Shown: piece by piece, positions 24,545-38,172 of the stretch
Layout: each line of letters begins with the position of its first letter
How positions within the stretch are numbered: position 1 is the stretch's first letter
NCBI GenBank assembly: GCA_013239625.1
Contig: MU054204.1
Location: forward strand, 24,879 to 88,878
DNA from: Lama guanicoe
Taxonomy: Eukaryota
DNA: 64,000 nucleotides
Direction of reading: 5' to 3'
Program-made: the position numbers and the translations under genes
Notes under the pieces: generated by a model
Seen by the model: the letters and a program-made list of their open reading frames with translations, nothing else
What the model was told of the DNA's origin: nothing
The model's database searches: none

Positions 24545-25249
24545 GCCACTGTGGAAAACAGTATGGAGATTCCTCAGAAGACTAGGAATAGACTTACCAT
24601 ATGACCCAGGAATCCCGATCCTGGGCATATATCCAGAAGGAACCCTACTTCAAAATGACACCTGCACCCCAATGTTCATAGCAGCGCTATTTACAATAGC
24701 CAAGACATGGAAACAGCCTAAATGTCCATCAACAGACGACTGGATAAAGAAGATGTGGTAGATTTATAGAATGAAATACTACTCAGCCATAAAAACCAAC
24801 AACATAACGCCATTTGCAGCAACATGGATGTTCCTGGACAATGTCATTCTAAGTGAAGTAAGCCAGAAAGAGAAAGAAAAATACCATATGAGATCGCTTA
24901 TATGGGGAATTGAGGGGAAAAAAAAAGACCATGAATACAAAACAGAAGCAGACTCATAGACAAAGAATACAAACTTGTGGCTGCCAAGGAGGCAGGGGAT
25001 GGGAAGGGACAGACTGGGATTTCAAAATTTGTGGATACTGACAGGCACATGCAGAATAGATAAACAAGATTATACTGTATAGCACAGGGAAATATATAAA
25101 AGATCTTATGGTAGCTCACAAAGAAAAAAATGTGACAATGAATATATATATGTTCATGTATAACTGAAAAATTGTGCTTTAGACTGGAATTTGACACAAC
25201 ATTGTAAAAGGATTATAAATCAATAAAAAATGTTTTTTAAAGAAAGGAA
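24545..25249 (+). mobile_element. 5'-truncated young L1 with 17-bp TSD
   Basis: ORF2 C-terminus ([11 protein letters not shown]...); TSD aaaatatatttgcttca at 24528-24544 and 25250-25266. Confidence 0.95.
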
Positions 25250-26841
25250 AAAATATATTTGCTTCATTCCTTGACACAGAACTTCTTAACACTTGCCTTT
25301 GAAGCTTTAATCTTGGTTGTCATCCTCATGTAATTTAATCCAGGCTTTCTCCATGCTGGTCTATAGTTCCCTAAATAAAACAATAATAATTAGTATTATA
25401 ATAAAAAAGACCACTAATAGTGATTTAACATCCCTATAGAAAATCCCATCCCCTTCACAGACCAATGACCAATATGATTGCTCCAAAACTCAACATGGTC
25501 CACCCTCACCTTGTTCTAACTCTATTCAAATGAATTCTCAGTCGTCTCTTCTATATCTTAATATCTTTTCCAATTAAAGCAAAAAGAGAAAACACAGGAA
25601 ATTACCCAGAGCCATTCTGTTAATATTTCTCAAAAAGTACTACTGCAGTTTATATGCAAATACCTAAATGGAAAAAAATCATTTGCCTAATAATTTTACA
25701 TTCTATGATGTTTGTACCCACAACTCACCACAAAATGCATAAAACTGCACTGTGGTGCTAATATTCAATAATAAAACCAAGAAAATTAAGAAGAGCACCT
25801 TATTGCAGCTTTATTTTCACTTTAACTGAGCAACTTCCTCACTGTGGCATTTTTGCAGCTCTCCATAGGTGCTCATAGACTTTCTCTCCTCTGGAAAATC
25901 CTCTCTTGCAACTAAGAAATTCCCATTAGGCATTGGTTCCTAAGTGTTTGTAAATACCAAGAGATAAGGTATCCCTGTTGGTCTGCAGCCAAGCCTGGGT
26001 CCAGCAAAACTTCAGCCTATATCTGCCTACTCCTTGTAGGAGTCAGGATTAATGATGAGTGACAATTCATCCCATCCCTCATCTTGAAATGTTGTAGGGG
26101 ATAGGGAAATTTTTACTGCTTGTAGGAAAGAAAGAGAATGATTACCTAATAAAGCATGAAATCTCTTTAATGTGGTCTAAAACAAAATTTCAGATGTCCC
26201 ATCATCTCCTAGTTACCACATCAAAGTGAAAGTGGTCATCATTTCTACAAAGCATACACATATACACAAATTTAAAATAATATCTCCAACATACAGCTAT
26301 CTATCATCTACCTTAATGAAGACCCAGCTCATAGCATTTTGCATTGAAACAGCCATGATGTTTCTTTATAATGCCAATAAATAGAAATATAGCAGTTATT
26401 AAAAACCACTGACATGCTTCTATAGTTTTGAGTTGTTTAAATTCCCAAGAAGGAGCAGACAAAAAAGGAAGCCAAAAGTATATTTCACAACAATTTCTCA
26501 CCTTTATATTCACACTCAAATGTTCATCTCTCCCCACTCTGAACACAGTCACACATTTAAAATGTCCTGAAATTTACCTAATAGGGATTTATTCATCCAG
26601 TTAAGCAATATTCCTTCTTTTTATTTGCTTAAGAAAAAACCAGTCTCCCCTGAGCTCCCACGTTCATAAGTAAAAATTACTCACTGAGCATTTCCAATGA
26701 TGCATTATAGTCTTCTGCTTATGGGCCTCTGGCTCCCACACCAGCCTGAGAGACTCTGGAGTAAAGAGACTATGATTACACCTTTTTGCATCCTCAGCAC
26801 CTAGGACAGGGTCTAGACCAGTGCATTTTCTCTCTTTAAAG

Positions 26842-27036
26842 CAAGGGTTCTTCAAGTATGGTCCCCTAACCAGTAGCAGTAACCTTGCCTCAGAACTTAT
26901 TAAAGAGATGCAGATCCTTCAGCCCTGACATACTGCATCAGAAACTCTGGGGGTTGGGGCCCAGACATCTGTGTTTTAATAAGCCCTCTGCATAGAGCAT
27001 GCATTCTGATGCATGTTCAAGCGTGAGAACTACTGT
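26842..27036. mobile_element. MER5A-like hAT DNA transposon
   Basis: gttcttcaagtatggtcc...atcagaaactctgggggttggggcccag...tgagaactactg. Confidence 0.75.
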
Positions 27037-28502
27037 TCTACTTTAAGGAATGAATACCAAACCCCAAGACAATGAAAAACACATAAAGGCTCTGATTTAT
27101 CTGAATGTTAGTGATATCACTGTAGTTTTTGCATCACAGGAATATTCTGTATCAATTAAGATGAGCTTAATTACCAGGGGCTGCCAATTATTCTCAACAA
27201 ATGGATGTGTATACTAGAATCATGGATTACAAGTGTCATTATTGCAAAAATACAAATTCCCCCTACATTAATCTACAGATTGAACACAATCCTATTCAAA
27301 ATTGTGAACTTTTTTGACCAAATTTGTGGAATTTGACATCTGTTTCTAAAACTGATATGGAAATTCAAAACATAAAGAGTAGGCAAAGCAATACTGAAAA
27401 AGATGAATAAAGCTGGAGCACTTACACTACCAGATGTCATGAACTTTTACAGGGCTGTTGTAATTGAGCCAGCATGGTATTATTATGAAGAGACACTCAA
27501 CTTCATTAATCATCAGGGAAATGCAAATTAAAACCACCACTTACCATCAGAATGGTAGAAAATAACACAGGTAAGGGAGAATGTGAAGCAACACTTCTGG
27601 TTGCTGTGAAGCAATATATTTATTGCTGGTGGGAAGGTAAATCTGTAAAAATTGGTAAAAAAAAACTCTTTGAAAAACTTTTGGGTTTTACTAAATTTGA
27701 ACATAAAGTTGAAAGTAACCAATGGCCTAGCAATTCCAATCAAGGAGAAAGAGATGGAGAAGTGGAGAAGAGTCTGTTATATTAGAACCCACAAAACAGA
27801 TTCCACAATAGAAAGCAGAGGTTCAAACTGCCCCAGTGAGAGAGGATTACCCTCAAATGCTTAAAGTTTATCCTCATCATCTGGGGTCATAGAAGTATCA
27901 CTACACGATGTGGAGGCATCTGGTCTCAAAGACTATATATTCTGGCAACTATCTCATGAAAGGGAAAGTCCATATCAAGAGAAAGGGTTTTATGAGGTTG
28001 TGCAGGAGAGCTCTGGAGTTATCCTCTTCTGTGGGTCACTACTCCCTTGCTCCAAAATGGGCCTCTCTTCAGTCTCTCACACCATCAGAAAAGGTCCTCC
28101 TCCTAAAAAATTCCTTACCTCAGCCTCTAATATCTTCCAAGCCTTCCCCATCCAGACATGCAGGTGCCCACTCTCCACTAAGTATTGACTCAGTCAGGTA
28201 GAAGTTATCACATACAACCTCCTCCATGAAATAGTTTCAAACTCAGCATTCTTGTGGGCTAGATATCACTGCCTTAATTTTCATCAAAGACTTCAAAAAC
28301 TCCAAGTTAGAGCCCCTAGGGCTTGTGGGTATTCCTCAGCACTAAACCTGACTTCTGCATGACATCACAACCTATGTATCCTCATTTATGAGAATTACAG
28401 AAAATAATGATGTCTTGTCTCTGAGATGCACAGGTTTCTATCTCTGCCATCACCTTGTGACCTACTTCAGCTACTAATACCCACTGAAATGGAAAGAATT
28501 GG

Positions 28503-28540
28503 TGTGTGAGTGTGTGTGTGTGAAAGAGAGAAAGAGACAC

Positions 28541-28603
<63 letters not shown>
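28503..28603 (+). repeat. (TG)n/(GA)n compound microsatellite
   Basis: Seen directly. Confidence 0.95.
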
Positions 28604-28606
<3 letters not shown>

Positions 28607-30489
28607 CTGCCTAGGAAAGGACCTTGAGTTTTCTTTGTACCTGAGATCTTTGCACAGTGCCTGGACACTGCATAAATGATTGAGGAATGACTGGAGGAGC
28701 CAGCATGTACTCAGTGTTTAAGAAAACAGCCATCATTTGTAGGGTAATCACAGTGGGAATAGTGGGAGTATGTGAGCAGCAGTCACTCATCATTCTTCTC
28801 TGGCCATTTAAGCAAGAGCACTAATCGTTTCCACTTAAGCTTACATGCAGAAGGGTAATTGAGCTGTATGTGTTTAGAAGGTCCTGTCACCAGGCTTCAG
28901 TTTGATGTATGAGAAAACTTCTGAGGTCCCATGGCTTTGTCTTCCTCTGGGTTCAATCCAAAGCAGACAATAGTGAAAACAACTCTTGGAGATTGTATAT
29001 TAGGTCAGGGAGGCAAAACTATGAAAGTAAGAGGCCCCAAGCTCCCTACTCAAGTGGATAGTCTGATAAAGGAGTAAAATCCAACCATGAGGAAGACCCT
29101 GATCTGCAAACACCTTCAAAGAAAGGAAAGCCCACCTGTTGAGACAGAGAATCTGTTTTGTTCTGAGGTACTGAGAAGCTTTCAGTTAAAGGCAGTAGCC
29201 GAGGTCTCTTACCTAGAGGAGAATTTGGACTGGGCCAGGAAGAGGGGAAAGGATGTGGATTAGGGGAGAGTAGGAAGCCAGGGCTGTGAAAAATTCTAAC
29301 AGGAATGGGAAGTTAGAAAGAGTGGCAGGGGGTACAACACCCACAAGTGCTGACAGCAGCAGAGATGAGTGGGACTAGAGCAGAGTGTGTATCTGTATAT
29401 GGGAAGTGAGGGTTAGGGATAAGGAAATGGATGAAATAAGAAAAATGATGTGAGATGTACCATGGATTCAGGAGGGCACATGTTGTTGGCAGTGCTTGAA
29501 AGCCAAGCACAGAATTAGAGTCCATGCAGACATATACCCATATAGAAGCATGATGGGGAGTCCTGCATTTGAGGAAGTCTCACCCAACACAGGGCTTTCC
29601 AAAAAGTTCATAAGGGAGTCCTAGAATTCTTCAGTTGAATGTCAGGGCTCACTAAACTGAGAAGGAAGAAGAGGTACTGACTGGGCAAGAGCCTAGGCTC
29701 ACAGCCCCCACTTCAGTCACAACTGCTCTGCCATCCTTGTTTCCATGGACTGAGGATGACATACAGTGAAATTATTGCTACTGTATTTTGGGGAAATTAT
29801 TCAGGTGGATAAAGGGATTATACTAATAAAAAATTGGAAACAACTGTTTGCCATTTTTGTATAAGAATACTGATCTCCAGGAACCATGGACCCAAGTTTA
29901 CCACTGCCTCTCTAATCAGGATGGCATGGAACCTTTTAGATATTTTGCAAAGCTGCCAGCTGCTTAAAGAGTGAGGACAGGGAGCAGAGGAGTGTTCTTT
30001 TAAATAAGAATGGATGCTTTCAGCCTTGGGCTAAAGAGGCCAGTGTGGAAGGAGGCCTTATCTTCAGGCAATGAATAGACAGAGCAGTCAACCTAGGATG
30101 CCTAGACAAGGAAATTTCAGTGTGTATGGTGGGGTAGTGAGTGAAGGAAAACAGGGAATGACAAGTATTGTTTGGGCACAGAAAGGGGCGGGGTGTCTCA
30201 GTCATAGAAGGATGAATTATTAGGAGACATATGACTATATAATCAGCTTTCTGATTTTGGATTTGGAGAATATAATTAACTTAATTGTAGCATCATTATT
30301 TCAAGCAATTTGTATAATAATGTAGGAAGAGCATTAGACTATAAGCTATTGTCTCTGAGCACATCAGGTGGCCAAGTTACTGGATCTATGATAGTCTAAT
30401 GTCAGTTCCAGGGTTCACAGTACAAGTGAAGGTCAGAATCCAGTTGCATTATGAGTTTAACATTAAACTCTAACCCAATAGAATAGAAA

Positions 30490-30890
30490 GTAAACATATG
30501 AAAAGATATTAATCTTTATTAATCATTAGAGAAACTGTAAAATAAAACCACAAGGTGATACCTTTACACAAACACCAGAATTGCTAAAATGAAATAAAAG
30601 GAAAACACCTACTGTTGGAGAGGACATAGATCAATCAGTATTCTCTTATACTGCCAGTGAGCAAAGAAGTTGGTACCACCACTTAAGAAAACCATTTCCT
30701 TGTATTTACTAAAACTGAATAGACGCATACCCTATGACTCAGCAATTCATCTCCTGGTATATATCCCACAGAAATTGGTAAAAATGTCCATGAAAAGACA
30801 TGTAAAGGGGTGATCATAGCAGAATTGTTTATAATGATCATAAACTGGCAACAATGCGAATCTCTAGCAGCAGTCGAATGAATAAACTGT
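30490..30890 (+). mobile_element. Old L1ME-type fragment
   Basis: ccctatgactcagcaattcatctcctggtatatatcccacagaaat. Confidence 0.65.
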
Positions 30891-32439
30891 GTCACTGAGA
30901 CACTGAGCAACTACTGCTGCTGTCCCATCAAACAAGTTACTTGGTTAAAGTTTTTCTGTATTTTGTCAGTTTTCCACAATTAAATTTGGATTACTTTAGA
31001 ATAGTGCTGAAACAAAAACCCTAGAGAGAAAGCCACCTAAACCCTATATTTATTATTTCTGCTGAAGGGAAGGTTTCATGTCTCCATGCCAAACACTTTG
31101 AATATTTCATCTTTCCAGGCCACACTGCTCAGTAAATCCCATGGCTTCCTATCAAAACCCCCAACCTTAAAAGCTGCCATTACAGGGCTCAGATAATCCC
31201 TTGTGCCTCTTTCATTTTCCACAGATATTTCAAGTTCATTCACTGGAATGGACATGAGTTATGAAGTCCTTAATGCATTTCTATTTCTGAACACATCCTT
31301 CTCTTATGCCAACCTTCCTGCAAAACTGCTCTTACAATTTTGCCTGTTCTTCATCCATCTGGGAACATCTGTGTGTCCTGTTGTCCTTCACATGAGTGAC
31401 TTACTCCATTTCAGCATGTTGGGCAATGAGTATTCAAAATTACCTGCTGTAGGGCTGCTAGGAGTCAGAGACTTTCTTGAGGTTGACCTTGAGCTGCCTG
31501 GAACGCTCTTGTGTTCTCTGTCCCTCTCACTAGGGCAGGCCTGCAGCTGACCTTTGAGACATTACACCCTTATGACATATACACTGATTAATGCTATTCA
31601 CTGTCTGTGATCTCTAAGGCCATCTGTGGAAGTAGGGAATCCCTAGCTTTATAACATAAATATCTACATTAGAAAACTACCGTGGTATCCCTGAGTGGGT
31701 ACAGGAAACTAGCCAATCCTGAGCTTATAAAAGTGCCAGATGATGCCAGCATGGTGTAAGTACAGTCTCCAAGGCACTTACTCACCTCTGATTGTAAGCC
31801 TATCCTTTTCCAACCTTCTACCTGTATCCCATTGCTGAAGCTGACTTTCAGATCCCACTTTTGGGAGTGGGCGGTGAGTACCATGCATCAAAACCCACTT
31901 ATAAGGGCTATGAATTAAGAGAGGGCAGAAGTGAATTTCCTTGCTGATGTCACCTGTTTTCTGAGAATGGGAGAAGGCTGTGAATGTGAATAAATTCCAT
32001 GGAGGGGAGGGTAGGTACAATTATCCCCTGGAAGGTTATCCTCTGATCTTAAGATTTAAAAAATCTTAAAAATCTTCCTCTACCTGGAAACTAAATTGGA
32101 CTTAGAGTACAGCATTACAGGTGGGAATAATTTGGAAGTTTCTTATCCAGAAACCTGGATAATATGTTTACCAGGAGTAGTGCCCTAACCTGAACCGAAC
32201 CCTCTCCTCTGGCCCCTGTACCCCAACAGTGTCCACCATCTTTGTACTTCATAGGCAGTTGCTGTTAAACTAGTTTTGTTCTTTCCTCTAATTTATAGCA
32301 GTCCCAAAGATTGCTTTTGTTACTAAATATATTCATCATGCCTCAATAATTTATCTCATTTTCCAAAAAGCAAGAACTACTGATCTCTGATTTTCACATA
32401 ATTCTTTCCTCACCCTTCTTAAATGATCTGTCAGAGACA

Positions 32440-33018
32440 ATTTCTACAAAGCTTTTATTCACTCCCAAATTCTAACATCTTTAAATGTTTGGGTCAAGTG
32501 GTCAAGCAGTTCCTAAGCAACAGTGATGACTACAGTACCTGCCGGTCTGCCTTACCACACTTCCGTAGATTGGCTAATAAGGAGACAATGAGCCCAAAAG
32601 GATTTAGGCAGTTGATTACACACCAGGCAGCATGAACATGAGCTTCACATTCACATTGGTTCCCCTTGGTTCCCAAGTCCCACATGGTATCTGTGTCACA
32701 GCTGAGGAACTCTGAATTTAGGAATCCCCCAATCTTATAAGAAGACTGCTAGCAAACTTGCCCAAGCTATCCCCTGGAGGATGATATTATCATTATTACC
32801 CTGGTTAGGAGACAGATCTGCCCTCTGACCCAAGGAGAGAGATTAACTTTATCTCCCTGAAATGTCTCTGGGAAGAGAAAGGAGATATTACCTTATAATG
32901 TAAGCAAACATGCTCCCTCAATGGGAGTAGCTCTGCAAACATCTTTGAGGAAAACTGTCCATGCCATTTGCTCAGATCTGCAGAAACATGAGATCCATGG
33001 AGAATTATCTTCCAACAG
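32440..33018 (-). mobile_element. Probable solo LTR (ERV1/MER-type)
   Basis: LTR-like composition ending ...ggagaattatcttccaaca; family not confidently identified. Confidence 0.45.
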
Positions 33019-34006
33019 ATTGTCATTTCCTACATGGTTTGAGTTTTATTATCTTATTTGCAATTGGAACCATCCTCAGGGAGAAAATGTCACCTGGATC
33101 AATGGGAAAAAAAAGACATTTAAGAAATTTAACATCCAATCTTAATGAAACCTCTTGGTAAACTATGAACAGAATACATCCTTAACTTGATAAGCATATA
33201 AATGAGAAAAAAAACAATATGTAAGATGGTGAAACACTAGGATAATTCCAATTAATTTGAGGCAACCTGGTTAAGATTGCACTGGAGGTCCTACTCAATG
33301 CAATTAAAAAGGAACAAAAATATAATAAAGGAGTTGAATTCTAAATAAAAAAATCCAAAAAATCAAATGAATGTTAGTTTATGTAACAACAAAGTATTTT
33401 TTCACGTATTAAAAAAAAGAAGTTGAATGTACAGCATGATGACTATAGTTACTAAGGCTATATTGAATGCTGTAAATTTGCTAAGACAATAGATTTCAGA
33501 CACTCTCATCAGAAACAAATAAATGGTAACCTTGTAAGGATATGATAGTTAGCTTGACTGTAGTAATCATTTCACTATGTATATGTATACCAAGTCATCA
33601 TGTTGTACACTTTAAATATATTTAATTTAATATATATTTAAAATGTATACTTTAAATATATATTATATTTTTAAAATTGACAAAAATTAGGAAGAGCAAA
33701 ATTTTATCATGATGCTCCAAAAATCTGATTGTCCATCAAGAGAAGTAAAATGTAGGTAAATCAATAGGAAAATATCAAAAATTAAAAAACATTTATTGAG
33801 TTGGATTTATGTCAAATAAGTATGAAAAATCCTATGGTTTTCTACATGTGATTGATCACAAAAAGAAAAATAGTAAAAAAAAAGTGCATTTAAAATAAAC
33901 TTATACAAAAGTTTCCATTGTGAAACAAAAGAACATGCAAAACTGTATTAAAGGTCAAGAAGAATCCGAACATATAGATGTATCATCTTCTAATAAAACC
34001 TGTATG

Positions 34007-34131
34007 GGGACAGGTGTAGCTCAGTGGTAGGGCATGTGCTTAGCATGCACGAGATCCTGGGTTCAATTCCCAGTGCTTCCATTAAAAATAAATAAATAAA
34101 CATAATTACCCAACCCCCCAAAATTGAAAAG
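34007..34131 (+). mobile_element. tRNA-derived SINE (Vic-1-like) with TSD
   Basis: gtagctcagtggtag...gggttcaattcccag; TSD aaacctgtatg (33996-34006) / aaacctgcatg (34132-34142). Confidence 0.88.
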
Positions 34132-35599
34132 AAACCTGCATGAGGTATGAAAACATTTTTAATTTTATAATTGAACTTAAAGGTGATTTAGATGCATATA
34201 CACAGGTAGTAGCAAGTCCATAACCAAGATAGTACTGAAGAAAAGAAAATAATAAGTGTAAAATTGTTCTAAGTGATATTAAACTTAATGCAGCAATTAA
34301 GCAGTGTGATTCTGGCATAAGAATTTAGAAATTAATTAATGAAAAAGAATAGCAGGTCCAGAAATCAATCCAGGTATACATGAAAAAGTCATATGTATGC
34401 TACAGTGGAAGCAAAAGTAAAAGAAACTGAAGGAGACCATCTGCATTCTAGAGAAGTAGCAGAATTAATTCCTGCAGGGAAATTTCTTATCTCAAAAACA
34501 GATAAAGCCCTGTAGAGCCACATCATTCCTCCACTACCCATGCTGTCAGCTCTGGAAGGTCCCAGAGAGGGATGGCCAACTGAATCAGGTGGTGCTTCCT
34601 CATTCTTTCTCAGGTGACTGGGAGATAAGGACCTTGGTTTGAGATGGGGAGGACTCAGACCAACAAAGTGTCCTAGTCCCTGCCTGTGGCTAAGGAAGTG
34701 ACTCCTGCACGAGTACAAAGGCCATATTAACACCAGATATAGAGGGTCTTATGGAGTCTGGTTGACCCCTGCTTTCATCCTTTGGAGGTCCCAGGCAGGG
34801 CTGACAGTATGAAACCTTACACCTTTCTCCTCAGAAGTCTCCTGGAGGTGAGAGCTATGGTCTGAGGGGACAAGCCTCATGTCAGCAGAGAAGAGGAAGC
34901 TTATTCCATTCCAGGAGTCAAGATGAAGACTCAGAGGGCAGAACAGAGAGGATGTCACAGAATTCCACCCCTGCTGTCAGCCCTGGAAGACCCCTGACAG
35001 GGGTAGCAGGATGAAGTGTTTTCTTACTTTCTTGCAGGTATCTTGGGAAGATGAGGCCTTGGTTAAAGAGGTGGGGACATTCAGGTGAACAGATGGGAAG
35101 GAACTCATTCCCTTCCAGGAGCCATGGTGAGGATGCTAAGTGATAATGAAAGGAACAACCCATTCCAGAACTCAGGGTCTCACAGAGTTTGATCCCTGCT
35201 ATCAGCTATGGGAGGCCCCAAGTAGTGCTGTCCTACTGAAGCTTCTCCACACTTCCTCCTCACGGGCTTTTGTGAATCTTGGACTTGGTCTGAGGGGTCA
35301 GCCTCAAATCATCAGAGAGAGGAGTCCCAGATCCTTTCAGGAATCTAAGTAAGTACCCTGAGTGGGGATTGAGGAAACCATCCAACCCAGAATGGGAATA
35401 GGTGTGGGGGAAGGTGAACAGATCCTCATTCCTGGTATCTGCTCTCAGAGACCTAGAGTAGTGATGACTGGAAAACATAATGATCATTTCCCCCTTGGTG
35501 ATTTTTGTGAGGTGGGGCCTTTGTCTGATAGTAGAAGCATCAGGTCAACAAAGGAAGGAATCTTAGATCATGCTAGGGGTCAAAGTGAAGATTTGCCAA

Positions 35600-36205
35600 G
35601 TTCAGCTCCCATGACCATCCTCGTGTCTGACACCAACTACAAGTTTGAGAGTCCTGAAGACTATCCTCAGGTTTGATAATTCACTAGAAGGACTAATAGG
35701 ATTCACAGAAAGCAGTTATACTCACGGTTATGGTTTATTGAAAAGATACGGACTAAAATCAGCCAAGAGAAGAGGTACGTGGGACAGAGTCCAGGAGAGT
35801 TCCACACACAGAGCTTCCAGTTGTGTTCTCCTCATGGAGTCATGGACAGAGCTAGTTTCTGCTGACAGCAATGTATGAAAATACACATGGAACATTGCAA
35901 ACCAGAGAAGCTCAATTGAGCCTTGGTGTCCAGAGTTTTTATTGGAGCTCTGTCATGTAGATATGGTTGATCACCATGTGGCTAACTTTTCCTTCAACTT
36001 CTCTTGAGGTTGAGCTGATGCCATGTGGCCCAAATCCGTACCTCCACCATAAACTATTGCTAGCATAGACTATCTGGTGTGGCCCAAGACCTCCAAATAA
36101 ACAAGAACACTTTATCAAGCAGCTTATTCCAAGGGCTTAGGAATTACTTTCCAGGAGCCATGGAGAAAGTTCAGACCTTTGGGCAAGATTAATTCTTTAC
36201 CACAC
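35600..36205. mobile_element. MER21-like ERVL solo LTR within the MAGE 5' array
   Basis: tctgacaccaactacaagtt...cctcaggtttgataattcactagaaggact...gttatactcacggttatggtttatt. Confidence 0.75.
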
Positions 36206-36796
36206 AGTACCCTTAGAAAGGTGAATGGGACCACCTATTCCTGAACAGAGGTGGCCCCACAGAGCTCCACCTCTCCTGTCAGTCCTGGGAGACCCTGGGA
36301 AGATCTACCTAGTGGAGGGCCCCCACACACTTCCTGTTCTGGGGTCTCATGGAGTTAAGCCTTTGGTTTGAGGGAGTTGGCCACAGGTCAGAAGATTGGA
36401 TGGGGCTCAGGCCCTGCCTTGAGTCAAGGTAAGGACCCTGAGTGAGGACCAAGGGGACGACTCACCCCAGATCAGACAAGAACCTGCATAATGTGGTCCC
36501 TATTGTCCACCCTGGGAGTGCTTCTCTGCTGCCTCCTCTTCAGAGGAATCTAGGAAGGGAGAGCTGTAGTCTGAGGAGGCAGGACACAGGTCAGCAGATG
36601 ACAGAGGGTGCAAGCCCCACCTAGATTAAAGGTGAAGATCCTGAATGAAAACTGAGGGGACTATACCCCCATAATACAGTGGGCCCAATAGAATCACATT
36701 CTTTTTGTCAGCCCTGAGCCCTGGGAGATCCGGGGAACTGCTTCCTTTAAACTGAAGCATCCTGTCACATCCTCCTTGGAGTGTCAGGAGATGGGC

Positions 36797-36802
36797 CAAC
36801 AA

Positions 36803-36838
<36 letters not shown>
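36797..36838 (+). repeat. (CAA)n microsatellite
   Basis: ~13 units; source of the spurious polyQ/polyL ORFs. Confidence 0.95.
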
Positions 36839-38172
36839 GAGATTTCTGTCTGTGAGCACTCTCAGAGTCCAGGAAATAGATTTCACTCAGGCTTTTCACT
36901 TACCCTGCCAAGTAAAGTCTTGGTGCTCAGGAGTATGAGGGACAAGGTAGGCAGCCAAGACCCATGAGACTAACATACACATAAGGAAGGCTAAAGCTAC
37001 TCCCATCCATCCAGATATTCTCATACCTCCACAGGAAATGGGGAGAGATCATGTTAATTTCTCTCCTAGTTCTGCTATAGACATATGGGGGTTTGGGGTT
37101 GAGGAGAAGACTTAAGCTTTCTCTGTGGAAAGTGGGGAGGGTGGTGGTTTAAATGGAAGCAGCCTCAGTTGAGGGGGTTAGGCCCTGCCAGGAGCCAAGG
37201 TGATGACCCCTGAATGTGGACTGAGTGCCCCCACCATCTGCAGCTCCTTCTGTCAAGGCTGGAAAGCACAGGACAGGACTGGTAATCTGTAGCCTGGGAA
37301 GTTTCTTTACTTTGTTTTTCAGGCTCTCAGGGAACAGGATGATATGAAGGACCAAAGCCTGGCTGGAGTCTAGATCCATGTTCCAAAGTAAAAAAGGCAG
37401 TGATAGCCTTCTTCCAACTATGGTGGAGAGTCTCTTCTGAGGCCACTCACACCTCCCTCACTTCGTACTCCTGCTGCCCTCTCTACTTCTCCTCTAGGCT
37501 CCCATATCCAGCCCTCCTACCAATATTCTTGTCAAGGCTCCTATAGGAGTCCTGCTTTGAGGTCAGAAGTGTTGATGCAGAACCCATAAGAGATACTGCC
37601 AGGCCTCAGGTGAGAACCAGGCTTCTAAGGCCTAAGACGAGGCATTTTCCCCAACTTCCTGTTATCAGGTCACAGGTCTCTTACATGGGGACCTTGCTGG
37701 TGGGACACCAAGTGCTCCTCAGTGTCCTTGGAATCCTCTTTTCACCTCCACTGCTGCCTTAGCTGCCTCATGGAGCAACTCAGATGAAGGTGCCAGCATC
37801 CAAAAGGAAAAAGAGAGCCCATGTACCTCACAGGCCTCACGAGTTACTGAGTTCAGGCCCAGGAACTTTTTAAACAATAAGTTGGATGACTTAGAGGTGT
37901 TCCTGCTGCACAAAAACCAGAAAAATAACCCATCAAAAAGGCAGAAATAATGAAGGATATCACCAAACAGTATAAGAATCGCTTCCCTGAGATCCTGAGG
38001 AGAACCTCTGATAGCCTGGTGTTACTCTTTGGCTTTAAGTTGAAGGAAGTGAACATGGGTGCCAGGGAGCAATGTCATATCCTCATTAACAAAATGGACC
38101 CTTTCTTGTGCTGAGGGACTGAGTGAGGATCAGGACTTGCTCAAAACTGCTGTCCATCCTGGACCTGATCTT

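Larger units (their letters stand above)
34520..37500 (+). promoter_or_regulatory. Array of MAGE-type 5' promoter/non-coding-exon modules
   Basis: About 7 diverged ~200-bp units (ctgctgtcagccctggga...aggaccttggtttgagggg...gccctgccaggagtcaaggtgaggaccctgagtg) directly upstream of the MAGE exon. Confidence 0.7.

Noticed and set aside
27780..28260. Coding-looking unique segment with ~95-aa ORFs and a minus-strand donor
   Set aside because: No recognisable homology, and stops in all minus frames; cannot be supported without a search
36626..36967. PolyQ and polyL ORFs
   Set aside because: Translations of a (CAA)n microsatellite
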